A stretch of 64,000 nt of DNA from Microcoleus sp. (GCA_052279835.1 CP181291.1:1920001-1984000), one strand, 5' to 3'. Positions 31,292 through 40,451 are shown, counted from the first letter of the stretch. Program-made: numbers and translations. Notes: generated by a model not told the origin, from the sequence alone.

Positions 31292-31454
31292 TAGGGGCGG
31301 GTTTACCGACAATATATAATAATAATCAACAATCTAAATAAACCCGCCCCCGCCCCACCGTAAATATTAATGTATATAGAAATTGTTGGTGGGGTTGGGC
31401 GGGTTTATGAAATTGTGGGTTTTCTATCTAGATTATTGGTGAACCCGCCCCTAC
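31292..31454. mobile_element. REP/MITE-like element with GTAGGGGCGGGT terminal inverted repeats
   Basis: GTAGGGGCGGGTTTACC ... GGTGAACCCGCCCCTAC with internal AAACCCGCCC/GGGCGGGTTT pairs. Confidence 0.7.
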
Positions 31455-31503
31455 AAGATCACTGGATTTTGTTCATCCAACAATCCGGTTTCTAGATTGA
31501 CTT

Positions 31504-31962
31504 TTAGGCAAAAGATGGAGTCATCGCCAGCAATTCCTCAACTGAGAAAGGTGGCGCTTGAGGAATTTCAGATTCCGCATCCATGAGCTCTTTTATTTTC
31601 TCAAAAATCAACACGGCTTCTGATTCTCCGTCTGTTAGTCGATCGTAAAAATTAGGGATAGAAAACCAGTGTTCAAAAGCAATCTCTAACAAACCGTTAG
31701 CGGCTAATTGCACTTGCCAGTATCGAGAATATCTCCCATCGACTATCTCAAATAATGGGGCTGGATTGTGTATGGGATAATAAGTATACCGCTCGTCGCA
31801 AATATAGTAAGATAAATTTCCTTGCCATTCAGAAATAGCATAGACTATGTATTCTTTACCTGGGATTAGTTTGAATTCAGTTTCTGTGGTGATGTCTAAG
31901 GATGGGCTTAGGTAATTTTCCGGCAGTTGGGTTCCTTTGTTGGCAATGCAGCGAATTTTCAT
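31504..31962 (-). CDS. Hypothetical protein, putative polymorphic-toxin immunity protein
   Basis: MKIRCIAN.G..LP..Y, L..GKEY.VYA, PAPLFEI.D.R.SRYW, FYDRL.DG; lies directly behind a toxin-like fragment. Confidence 0.55.
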   Translation of the reverse strand: MKIRCIANKGTQLPENYLSPSLDITTETEFKLIPGKEYIVYAISEWQGNLSYYICDERYTYYPIHNPAPLFEIVDGRYSRYWQVQLAANGLLEIAFEHWFSIPNFYDRLTDGESEAVLIFEKIKELMDAESEIPQAPPFSVEELLAMTPSFA

Positions 31963-31973
31963 AGTATATTACC

Positions 31974-32126
31974 TCACTGGTTTTTTGGTGCTATTTTGGG
32001 GTATGTACGTTTAATTTTGTACTCGACATTTTGGAGAGTGCGGGCATTTCTATACCAATGAATTTCAACGATGGCTCCCTCGATAATCGCGCTTTGGTTA
32101 CTAGCCATTTTATACCAATCTTCAGG
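31974..32126 (-). pseudogene. 5'-truncated toxin-like C-terminal fragment
   Basis: Manual translation PEDWYKMASNQSAIIEGAIVEIHWYRNARTLQNVEYKIKRTYPKIAPKNQ*; ends 11 nt before the next ATG; 5' end abuts the tandem array. Confidence 0.5.
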
Positions 32127-33431
32127 AGTCTAGGGATTCAGAAAGTCCTGGGATTTAGAAACCGGGTTTTTATCAAAGTTATTGATGTCACCGATAGATG
32201 TGGGAAAAAACCCGGTTTCTTGGCGGAGTCTCAGGGTTCAGAAAGTCCTGGGATTTAGAAACCGGGTTTTTATCAAGATTATTGATGTCACCGATAGATG
32301 TGGGAAAAAACCCGGTTTCTTGGCGGAGTCTCAGGGTTCAGAAAGTCCTGGGATTTAGAAACCGGGTTTTTATCAAGATTATTGATGTCACCGATAGATG
32401 TGGGCAAAAACCCGGTTTCTCGGCGGAGTCTAAGAGCTCAGAAAGTCCTGGGATTTAGAAACCGGGTTTTTATCAAGATTATTGATGTCACCGATAGATG
32501 TGGACAAAAACCCGGTTTCTCGGCGGAGTCTAAGAGCTCAGAAAGTCCTGGGATTTAGAAACCGGGTTTTTATCAAGATTATTGATGTCACCGATAGATG
32601 TGGACAAAAACCCGGTTTCTCGGCGGAGTCTAAGAGCTCAGAAAGTCCTGGGATTCAGAAACCGGGTTTTTATCAAGATTATTGATGTCACCGATAGATG
32701 TGGGAAAAAACCCGGTTTCTCGGCGGAGTCTAAGAGCTCAGAAAGTCCTGGGATTTAGAAACCGGGTTTTTATCAAAATTATCGATGTCACCGATAGATG
32801 TGGGAAAAAACCCGGTTTCTCGGCGGAGTCTAAGAGCTCAGAAAGTCCTGGGATTTAGAAACCGGGTTTTTATCAAAGTTATCGATGTCACCGATAGATG
32901 TGGGAAAAAACCCGGTTTCTCGGCGGAGTCTAAGAGCTCAGAAAGTCCTGGGATTCAGAAACCGGGTTTTTATCAAGATTATTGATGTCACCGATAGATG
33001 TGGGAAAAAACCCGGTTTCTTGGCGGAGTCTAAGGGCTCAGAAAGTCCTGGGATTTAGAAACCGGGTTTTTATCAAGATTATCGATGTTACCGATAGATG
33101 TGGGAAAAAACCCGGTTTCTTGGCGGAGTCTAGGGATTCAGAAAGTCCTGGGATTTAGAAACCGGGTTTTTATCAAGATTATCGATGTTACCGATAGATG
33201 TGGGAAAAAACCCGGTTTCTTGGCGGAGTCTCAGGGTTCAGAAAGTCCTGGGATTTAGAAACCGGGTTTTTATCAAGATTATCGATGTTACCGATAGATG
33301 TGGGAAAAAACCCGGTTTCTTGGCGGAGTCTCAGGGTTCAGAAAGTCCTGGGATTTAGAAACCGGGTTTTTATCAAGGTTATTGATGTTATCGATAGATG
33401 TGGGCAAAAACCCGGTTTCTCGGCGGAGTCT
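32125..33431. repeat. Tandem array of 13 x 100-bp units, each containing a 15-bp inverted repeat
   Basis: GAAAGTCCTG recurs at 32141, 32241 ... 33341; unit holds AGAAACCGGGTTTTT...AAAAACCCGGTTTCT. Confidence 0.97.
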
Positions 33432-33458
33432 AAAAAAAAATCGAGCCGCTAAGGCGGC
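33432..33458 (-). terminator. GC hairpin plus T-run downstream of the FGE gene (terminator and/or DGR cis hairpin)
   Basis: Minus strand GCCGC-ctta-GCGGC-tcga-T9. Confidence 0.5.
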
Positions 33459-33513
33459 ACAAAAGGGTAAAGAGAAAAGAGCGCAAAGCGCAAGAGGGTA
33501 AAAGAGTAAAGAG

Positions 33514-35334
33514 CTAGGAAGTCCACGCAGCCACACACACAACACGAAAACCGAAGTAGCCGTCGCCGACGTCCGGCGCACTGAGGCTGCGAATCGCCGC
33601 ACGGCAACCCCACGGAAGGTCGTCCCACGAACCACCGCGCAGCAGCCGACAATCACTTTGACCAATTTCCCAAGAACTCCCGTCAGTCGGTGCACCATCA
33701 TAGTTAGAATGCCATTCATCGCTGCACCACTCCCGAACATTTCCGTGCATATCATAGAGTCCAAAAGCATTAGGTGGAAAACTCCCCACATCTGTTGTTG
33801 CTGCGCGGTACTTTCCTTTAGCAGCGTTTGCATAGGGATGGTTTCCATCATAGTTAACCAATTCTGGGGTAATGGTTTCCCCAAAATGGAATGGGGTGGT
33901 TGTACCCGCACGACAGGCGTATTCCCATTTGGCTTCACTGAATAAGCGATAGGTTTTCCCAGTTGTTTGCGACAGTTTCTTGCAGAATGCGACAGCATCA
34001 TCCCACGATACATTTTCTACAGGACGTTTTTCACCTTTGAAATTGGATGGGTTGTTTCCCATGACTGCTTGCCATTGTGCTTGGGTGATGGGGTATTTTC
34101 CTGCAAAAAATGTCGGTACTGTGACTCGATGCTGCGGACTTTCGTTATCATATCTACCTTCTTCGCTGTTGGGGGAACCCATCATAAATGTGCCGCCGGG
34201 AATCTGTACCATTTCTAAGCTGACTCCGCGCCCTAGGTTTTCACTAAAGTATTCAGCTTGCCGCTGTTCTGTTTTGATAGTTTGTCCCTTGTTGTTGACT
34301 GTGATTACTTGAAATTTGAAGGTTTGTGTTTGTTTTGGTTGAGGAATTGGCGCGGATATTGATGCTAACAATTGATGCATTCGATTAAAGTCAATGCCAG
34401 AGTCTGCCCTTCGACTTCGCTCAGGGGACGGCGTTGGAGTCGGCTTAGGGGACAGGAAGTCCGGGGCCAGAAAGTCGGAGGGCTGCAATAATTCAACCAC
34501 TGGTTTTTTTGGTGCTAATGCTGTCAATACTTGTTCTGCTGTCCATCTTTGTCCTCGCTCTTTTTCCAAACATCCCCTAACTATGGCAGTGAATGGTTCT
34601 GGTATTTTTGACCAGTCTATTTCCGGTTCTTCGCCTACAATCTTTTTTTGCAATTGTTGGTCTGTGTTGCCTGTAAATGGTAAGGTTCCTGTCATGATTT
34701 CTGCTATCATGACTCCCAGAGACCAAATATCCCATGCTGTTCCGACTACTCCGTCATAGGATTCTGGGGGAACATAAGCTGGTGTACCTTTAATATCTTG
34801 GGTTCTCAGTGAGCTCGTGGTACTGATTTCTCGCAGCAGTCCCAAGTCTGATAGTTTCCATGTTTTTTCTACATATAGCAAGTTAGCTGGTTTGATATCT
34901 CTGTGTACTTTTCGGGGATTTGATTGATGTAAATAGTTTAATGCTGCTGCTGTGGCTTTGACTATTTCTGTTACTTCTGTTATGGATAGTTTTCCGGCTT
35001 TTAGTTTTTTTTCTAGGGTGGTTGTGGCGATTTCCATGACGATGAATAAATATTCATCTTCTTTGATTTCGCAGAAACCTGCTGTATAGCTGCGGATCAG
35101 GTTTTCGTGTTGCAGGTTGACTGCTGCTGTTAGTTCGTTTATTTGTTTTTCGGCTTTGGTTGCATCTTCGTCTGAGATGATTAGTTTGATTGCTACTTCT
35201 CTGATTAGTCTATCTCTGATTATTTCATCAGCTTTGTATACTGCTCCATATCCTCCACATCCTAGGAATTCTTTGAGGTGGTATTGGTTGTTAACTGTTT
35301 CTTTTTGTAGTTTTCTCCAAAATCTTTCTTGCAT
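33514..35334 (-). CDS. Ser/Thr protein kinase fused to an FGE-sulfatase (CLec-fold) domain; putative DGR target
   Basis: Kinase GCGGYGAVY, VAIK, HRDIKPAN, DLG, DIWSLG; FGE motifs F.MGS, ITQAQW, PVENVSWDDA, WEYACRAG, NAFGLYDMHGNV.EW, RGGSW, GFRVV. Confidence 0.93.
   Translation of the reverse strand: MQERFWRKLQKETVNNQYHLKEFLGCGGYGAVYKADEIIRDRLIREVAIKLIISDEDATKAEKQINELTAAVNLQHENLIRSYTAGFCEIKEDEYLFIVMEIATTTLEKKLKAGKLSITEVTEIVKATAAALNYLHQSNPRKVHRDIKPANLLYVEKTWKLSDLGLLREISTTSSLRTQDIKGTPAYVPPESYDGVVGTAWDIWSLGVMIAEIMTGTLPFTGNTDQQLQKKIVGEEPEIDWSKIPEPFTAIVRGCLEKERGQRWTAEQVLTALAPKKPVVELLQPSDFLAPDFLSPKPTPTPSPERSRRADSGIDFNRMHQLLASISAPIPQPKQTQTFKFQVITVNNKGQTIKTEQRQAEYFSENLGRGVSLEMVQIPGGTFMMGSPNSEEGRYDNESPQHRVTVPTFFAGKYPITQAQWQAVMGNNPSNFKGEKRPVENVSWDDAVAFCKKLSQTTGKTYRLFSEAKWEYACRAGTTTPFHFGETITPELVNYDGNHPYANAAKGKYRAATTDVGSFPPNAFGLYDMHGNVREWCSDEWHSNYDGAPTDGSSWEIGQSDCRLLRGGSWDDLPWGCRAAIRSLSAPDVGDGYFGFRVVCVAAWTS
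33517..33648 (-). other. Putative DGR variable repeat (VR)
   Basis: Only 9 A in 132 nt and none at third codon positions; invariant codons A-free, variable codons mostly NNC/NNT. Confidence 0.7.
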
Positions 35335-35367
35335 GATTTTTAGTGGGTGGTTGGTGGTTGGGTTGCT

Positions 35368-36051
35368 GGATTCAGAAACCGGGTTTTTATCAAGGTTGTC
35401 GGTGTTACCGATAGATGTGGGAAAAAACCCGGTTTCTTGGCGGAGTCTAGGGGCTCAGAGAGTCGTGGGATTTAGAAACCGGGTTTTGATCGAGGTTGTC
35501 GGTGTCACCGATGGGTTTGGGAAAAAACCCGGTTTCTGGGCGGAGTCTAGGGGCTTAGAAGTCGTGGGCTTTAGAAACCGGGTTTTTATCGAGGTTATTG
35601 ATGTCACCGATGGATTTGGGAAAAAACCCGGTTTCTGGGCGGAGTCTAGGGGCTCAGAGAGTCGTGGGCTTTAGAAACCGGGTTTTTATCGAGGTTATTG
35701 ATGTCACCGATGGATTTGGGAAAAAACCCGGTTTCTGGGCGGAGTCTAGGGGCTTAGAAGTCGTGGGATTTAGAAACCGGGTTTTTATCGAGGTTATTGA
35801 TGTCACCGATGGATTTGGGAAAAAACCCGGTTTCTGGGCGGAGTCTAGGGGCTTAGAAGTCGTGGGATTTAGAAACCGGGTTTTTATCGAGGTTATTGAT
35901 GTCACCGATGGATTTGGGAAAAAACCCGGTTTCTGGGCGGAGTCTAGGGGCTTAGAAGTCGTGGGATTTAGAAACCGGGTTTTTATCGAGGTTATTGATG
36001 TCACCGATGGATTTGGGAAAAAACCCGGTTTCTGGGCGGAGTCTAGGGGCT
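35368..36051. repeat. Second tandem array, 7 x 99-100-bp units, same family as 32125-33431
   Basis: AGAAACCGGGTTTT at 35374, 35474, 35573, 35673, 35772, 35871, 35970. Confidence 0.95.
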
Positions 36052-38046
36052 TTATATTTCTCTTACCTCGATGGTTTCATCTTTGTTGATGCCAATTTCT
36101 AGGGTTTGTCCGGCTAGTTTGTTGGTGTCTGGAATATTCTCGAATATCCAGTTATTCAATGGCCGCTCGACTAGGGATTCTAATAGTGATTTGATTCGTC
36201 TCCCGCCGTATAGTAAGTTGTTTCCTTCTTCCATTTTTTGCTGCAACATATTTAGGGTTGATGGCAAAAATTTTAGGGTGAATCGATATTTCTCTAGGGT
36301 GCATTCCGAGAGTTGGTTTAAAAATTTGTTGCCGATTGCTTCGACGAAATTTGGCCGCAGCAGGTCGAATACTACTATGTTATCTCCTAAACGGTTGAGC
36401 AGTTCGGCGCGACCGATGCGACTGTTGAAATGCCATTCTACTTCGTCGCGGAAGTGGTTTTCTACTTGCTCCCAGGAGAAGTCGTTGGCGTTTCCGGCTT
36501 TTACTTGAGTCATTATACCTTGCCGGAGGACTGTACCGGTTTGAGGATCTGTGACATCGGATGCGCCGATGTTGCTAGTAAAAATTATTGCGGTTTGGTT
36601 GAAGTATGCTGTTTGTCCTTTCCCGTCCGTCAGTCGGCCGTCTTCTAGGATTTGCAGGAATTTATCTAATACTTTGGGGTGGGCTTTTTCTATTTCGTCA
36701 AACAGCAATATACTGTGGGGGTTTTCCATGACTCGATTGGTTAATTGTCCCCCTTCTTCGTAACCGACAAAGCCGGGAGGTGCTCCGGCTAATTTTTCGG
36801 CGGCGTGTTCTTCTTTGTATTCGCTCATGTCGAACCGCGCGAAGGCTTTTTCGTCCCCAAATACTAATTTTGTCATGGCTTTGGCTAGTTCGGTTTTGCC
36901 GACTCCGGTGGGCCCGACGAAAAAGAAGATGCCTTTTGGTTTGCCGCTGCGCCCGGTACTGCCGCCGATGGTCAGTCCGATTCTAGCGCAGGTGAGCATG
37001 GTGGTTACGGCTTCTACTGCCCTTGGTTGTCCGATGACGGTACGTGGAAGCTCTGTTTTGGCTTGCAAAACCTTTTCGCGTCCCATGCGCTCCCAGGGGT
37101 CGTCTCGCAGGCCGAATTTGTAGAAGTCGATGAGCCGCCACATTTCTTTGGGTTTGACTGGGATGCGATCGCGCCAGGATGTAGCCCGCAGTGCATCTAG
37201 TTCTAGGGTGCGGAAGTTTTCGGTGAGTTCGGCAAATTCTGCGGCGAGGTTGTCGAGTTCGGAGGGTGTTCCTGGGGCACTGGGTTTGCTGTTGATGCGA
37301 TCGCCCCCATAAAAACCTGTGAGGAACCGTTGAGCAAATACCTGTCGTTCATCCTTGTTGGGCCGGGATACTTGGATCAGCGTGACGGTGGGATTGTTGT
37401 GATATAGCCATTCTGGGACTCGCTGCAAGTCTCTGGCGAGGATAACTAAAGTATTGCGACAACCGGCTAAGTCGCCTTCCCGGATCAGGGATGCTTCTAG
37501 GGTGCTTTTTTTCAGCAATACTAGGGCGTTTCGCTCTTCGCCACTGTACCGACTGGCGTCTGAGGTGATCATGTCGGCTAAATCGACCACGGCGGCGGCT
37601 GGGTTTGCAGTTTGGGAGACGAGGGCTCGCAGGTTCCCGAAGGCGTCTTCTAGGGAGACTCTGGTGTTCATTCTAGGGCCTACTGCTCCGGGGTTGCCAC
37701 GGGGGGGTGGAGCCATTGGGTTGACTGGTGCTGCTGGGGCTGTGGGGGCGGGCTGGGTTGGTAATTGGGGGTTGATGCGGATGGCGGCGGCGCGGGTTAT
37801 TTGTTCAAAGCGATCGCCCATTTCCGGTCGAGCAAAGGTGAATCCGTCTATGGAGTCGTAGCGGACTATTAGCTGGAAGTTGAGGTCTTGGAAGTAGTTG
37901 GTGAGGAATTCGTGGATGCCTTGATAGCTGCCGCGCCAGAGGAATTGGTCGTCTATGTTGCCGTATAAAACTATGTGTTGGCGGCGGTATAGTTGTTTTT
38001 CAAATTCTTGTATCCAGCGTGATGATGTGATGTTTGGGCTGTTCAT
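36052..38046 (-). CDS. ClpA/B-like AAA+ ATPase (one intact NBD2-type domain, degenerate N-terminal domain)
   Basis: VIGQ..AV, GPTGVGKTELAK, RFDMSEY, GAPPGFVGYEEGGQLT, LFDEIEKAH, DGRLTDGKG, IFTSN, ELLNR; no Clp-N domain or first Walker A. Confidence 0.9.
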   Translation of the reverse strand: MNSPNITSSRWIQEFEKQLYRRQHIVLYGNIDDQFLWRGSYQGIHEFLTNYFQDLNFQLIVRYDSIDGFTFARPEMGDRFEQITRAAAIRINPQLPTQPAPTAPAAPVNPMAPPPRGNPGAVGPRMNTRVSLEDAFGNLRALVSQTANPAAAVVDLADMITSDASRYSGEERNALVLLKKSTLEASLIREGDLAGCRNTLVILARDLQRVPEWLYHNNPTVTLIQVSRPNKDERQVFAQRFLTGFYGGDRINSKPSAPGTPSELDNLAAEFAELTENFRTLELDALRATSWRDRIPVKPKEMWRLIDFYKFGLRDDPWERMGREKVLQAKTELPRTVIGQPRAVEAVTTMLTCARIGLTIGGSTGRSGKPKGIFFFVGPTGVGKTELAKAMTKLVFGDEKAFARFDMSEYKEEHAAEKLAGAPPGFVGYEEGGQLTNRVMENPHSILLFDEIEKAHPKVLDKFLQILEDGRLTDGKGQTAYFNQTAIIFTSNIGASDVTDPQTGTVLRQGIMTQVKAGNANDFSWEQVENHFRDEVEWHFNSRIGRAELLNRLGDNIVVFDLLRPNFVEAIGNKFLNQLSECTLEKYRFTLKFLPSTLNMLQQKMEEGNNLLYGGRRIKSLLESLVERPLNNWIFENIPDTNKLAGQTLEIGINKDETIEVREI

Positions 38047-38075
38047 TTTATTTTAGATTTTGGATTTAGATATTC

Positions 38076-38139
38076 GTAGGGGTCGTGCCCCCGTGCCGAC
38101 CCAATTCAAGAGGGCGGGCACGGGGGCACCGCCCCTACA
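38076..38139. repeat. GTAGGGGC REP-like palindrome pair
   Basis: GTAGGGGTCGTGCCCCCGTGCCGACCC...GGGCGGGCACGGGGGCACCGCCCCTAC. Confidence 0.7.
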
Positions 38140-38148
38140 GGGTTTTGG

Positions 38149-39435
38149 TTAGTTTCCGGTGCGGTTTTGTTGTTGGTCGTTGTTGGGTAGTTCGTCGTCA
38201 CCTGACAATTTCCGCTTGGGATCTTTTCCTTCCCAGGTGACTTCGCTCATGTTGATGCCGAATTCTGCTCCGAGGCGATCGTGCATTTCTGTCAACACCT
38301 TTTCGGCTTCGTCACAAACGGCGGCTGTTCCTCCTCCGACGGCCGCTTCGGTAGTTTTGGAATAGCCATCGACGTTGTACCAAACTTCGCCTTCTACTGG
38401 TACGCTGATACTAATTCCTTTGCCGGAATTAGTCGCAGCTTTCAGTATTAATGCTGTGTTGGGAAAGTCGGGATATTCTAGTTCAGGTTCGTTGACAAAA
38501 AAGCCCATTTCTGCTAAAGATTCTGCGATACTTTTGGCTATGTAATCTCGCTGGTCGGCTTGGATTTGGGCTGCATTTGCTGTTGCGATGATTTGTTGTT
38601 CTTGGGTTTTTGCTGCTGCTAGAATCAGGGCTGGTTTGTCAAATTGTTCTGCTCCTAATGCGGCAATTCCTGTTTGCAATTGGCTGGCTAGTTCATCGAT
38701 TAAATGGGTTTGCCAACGCAGGGCTACGGGGTCGGCTTTTAAACCAATAATCAGGTCTTCTAGTTCGCCGATGGCTTGTTCGGCTGCGGCTTTTTGTCGC
38801 TCCCATTGGGCTCGGTTGCTTGCTACGGAGGCGATATGCTGTTCTACTGCTTGTGTGGCAGTGTTTAGGGGCGATCGCACTGCTTGGGGGTTCCCGGAGG
38901 CGATCGCGCTACTAAGAGCTTTCAGCGCTGTTTGGGCTGCTGTACGGCCGGTGCGATCGAATTTAATCGCGTCTGGTTGGGGGATTTGGGCTATTTGCCG
39001 TTCTAGTTCTTCGAGCTCAAATTGCTGTTTTTCTAGTTCGGCTTTGCGTTTTTTCTCTTCGTCGTCCCGGCGTTTTCGGGTAATTGTGCGATCGAGTTCT
39101 TGTTCGATTTTGGGCAATTCTTGGATAGTGTTTTGCAGTTGATATTCGGTTGTAACTCCCCGGAGGCTATTTAGGAGGTTTTGACACCGTTTTCCGAGGT
39201 CTGAGCTATCCTGTGGGTAGATTTCTGGTGATTTTTGTTGTATTTTGGTTATGGTGGCTTGAGTTTGGGCGATCGACTGATTTTTGAGATTTTCTAAACG
39301 TTGAAGGCGTTCTCGTTCGGCGGCAGCCGCTCGAATTCGTGCTTCTTCTGCGGCTTTGCGCTCACGTTCCCGTTCTAATTGTTCTCGTCTTTGTCTGTCT
39401 AACTCAGCTTGGGAATATTTCGGGCTACCACTCAT
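38149..39435 (-). CDS. Coiled-coil hypothetical protein with small C-terminal alpha/beta domain
   Basis: Long E/Q/R/A-rich helices; C-terminal SL.EMGF...VWYNVDG...C..AEK.L; co-oriented in the cluster. Confidence 0.75.
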   Translation of the reverse strand: MSGSPKYSQAELDRQRREQLERERERKAAEEARIRAAAAERERLQRLENLKNQSIAQTQATITKIQQKSPEIYPQDSSDLGKRCQNLLNSLRGVTTEYQLQNTIQELPKIEQELDRTITRKRRDDEEKKRKAELEKQQFELEELERQIAQIPQPDAIKFDRTGRTAAQTALKALSSAIASGNPQAVRSPLNTATQAVEQHIASVASNRAQWERQKAAAEQAIGELEDLIIGLKADPVALRWQTHLIDELASQLQTGIAALGAEQFDKPALILAAAKTQEQQIIATANAAQIQADQRDYIAKSIAESLAEMGFFVNEPELEYPDFPNTALILKAATNSGKGISISVPVEGEVWYNVDGYSKTTEAAVGGGTAAVCDEAEKVLTEMHDRLGAEFGINMSEVTWEGKDPKRKLSGDDELPNNDQQQNRTGN

Positions 39436-39541
39436 CAGTTTTTCTCCTTATTAATGGGATTTGGATATCATCATCTCTTAGTCTGCGGAGGCAGACTTCG
39501 TTCGTGTAGACGCGGTTTAAACCGCCGATTTAACTTCGGAA

Positions 39542-40195
39542 TTAATCTTCCTTAATTGGCTCCACAATCACTCCGCGCTTTAACATTCGAGCTTCAAACT
39601 CTTGGCTAAAACCCGGTTTATTTGGCACTCCCACAAAAGAGATTTCTCCTGTTAATCCCATAAAAAATTCCAGCCCTGCGGATGTATCTGCATCAGACAA
39701 TAGAGCAGTAATCAAGCTGCGATAACGTTCTGTCAAAGGCAGTAATCGCTGATTTGCTGAACCGCGCCAGAGTAAATCTCCATGCAGTTTTTCGATGTAA
39801 AGTCCATCGATTAGTAAATCTATTTTTTGCAACAGTGTTTGCTGGGCTGCTGTGCCCTGTTGCTGTAGATGCTCGAATCGATAGCCAGTGTAACACATGA
39901 TGCCTAGGTCGGTGCGATCGCGGAGTTTATCTACTAAGTTGGATAAGGCTTCTGCTTGCAGCATCGGTTCGCCCCCAGAGAAAGTAACACCTTCAATTCC
40001 TGGTACTGCTAACACCCAATCTACTAACTCTGTGACTGTTACCAAATCTCCTGCATTCTCATCCCAAGAATCTGGGACAATACAACTTGGACAAGCAAAC
40101 CGACAGCCTTGTACCCAAATCACTGCTTGTTTTCCAGGGCCGAGTACGTTCACTGGAGATTGGCGTTTAAATAGACGTAATGTTTCTGAATTCAT
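39542..40195 (-). CDS. Radical SAM protein, NrdG/activase-like (4Fe-4S single cluster)
   Basis: VLGPG...VIWVQGC...CPSC, GVTFSGGEPMLQ, YTGY, DLLIDG.Y, WRGS.NQR. Confidence 0.9.
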   Translation of the reverse strand: MNSETLRLFKRQSPVNVLGPGKQAVIWVQGCRFACPSCIVPDSWDENAGDLVTVTELVDWVLAVPGIEGVTFSGGEPMLQAEALSNLVDKLRDRTDLGIMCYTGYRFEHLQQQGTAAQQTLLQKIDLLIDGLYIEKLHGDLLWRGSANQRLLPLTERYRSLITALLSDADTSAGLEFFMGLTGEISFVGVPNKPGFSQEFEARMLKRGVIVEPIKED

Positions 40196-40407
40196 GGCAT
40201 TTTAAATTGTATATTTTATATTTTAGATGACTCTTGATTTCTGAATCCGCAGAGGCGAAATTCCTGTGTGTAAACACGGTTTCAACCACCCTATCCCTAG
40301 GATATAACATCCTCTATTCATCGGAATTATTCAGAACACTATTCTCTCCCTCTGTGTCCTCTGCGTTCTCTGCGGTTAAAACATTCCGATGCAACCAGAA
40401 ACGATAT

Positions 40408-40438
40408 AAAAAAAATCCCCCATTTATTTGGGGGATTT
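40408..40438 (-). terminator. Intrinsic terminator after nrdJ
   Basis: AAATCCCCCA-N6-TGGGGGATTT with adjacent A-run (T-run on minus strand). Confidence 0.6.
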
Positions 40439-40451
40439 GAATTCAACGCTA

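Noticed and set aside
32125..33431. CRISPR array
   Set aside because: The segments between the palindromes are near-identical rather than unique spacers, the period is a fixed 100 bp, and no cas genes are present
32031..33501. Short ORFs within the first 100-bp array (and 35117-36089 in the second)
   Set aside because: Translations of tandem repeats with no protein-like features
33514..35334. Complete DGR in this window
   Set aside because: No reverse transcriptase, Avd or second (template) copy of the repeat is visible
39542..40195. nrdG as activase of the adjacent ribonucleotide reductase
   Set aside because: The adjacent RNR is class II (B12-dependent) and needs no activase; a terminator and a MITE separate the genes; no nrdD in the window
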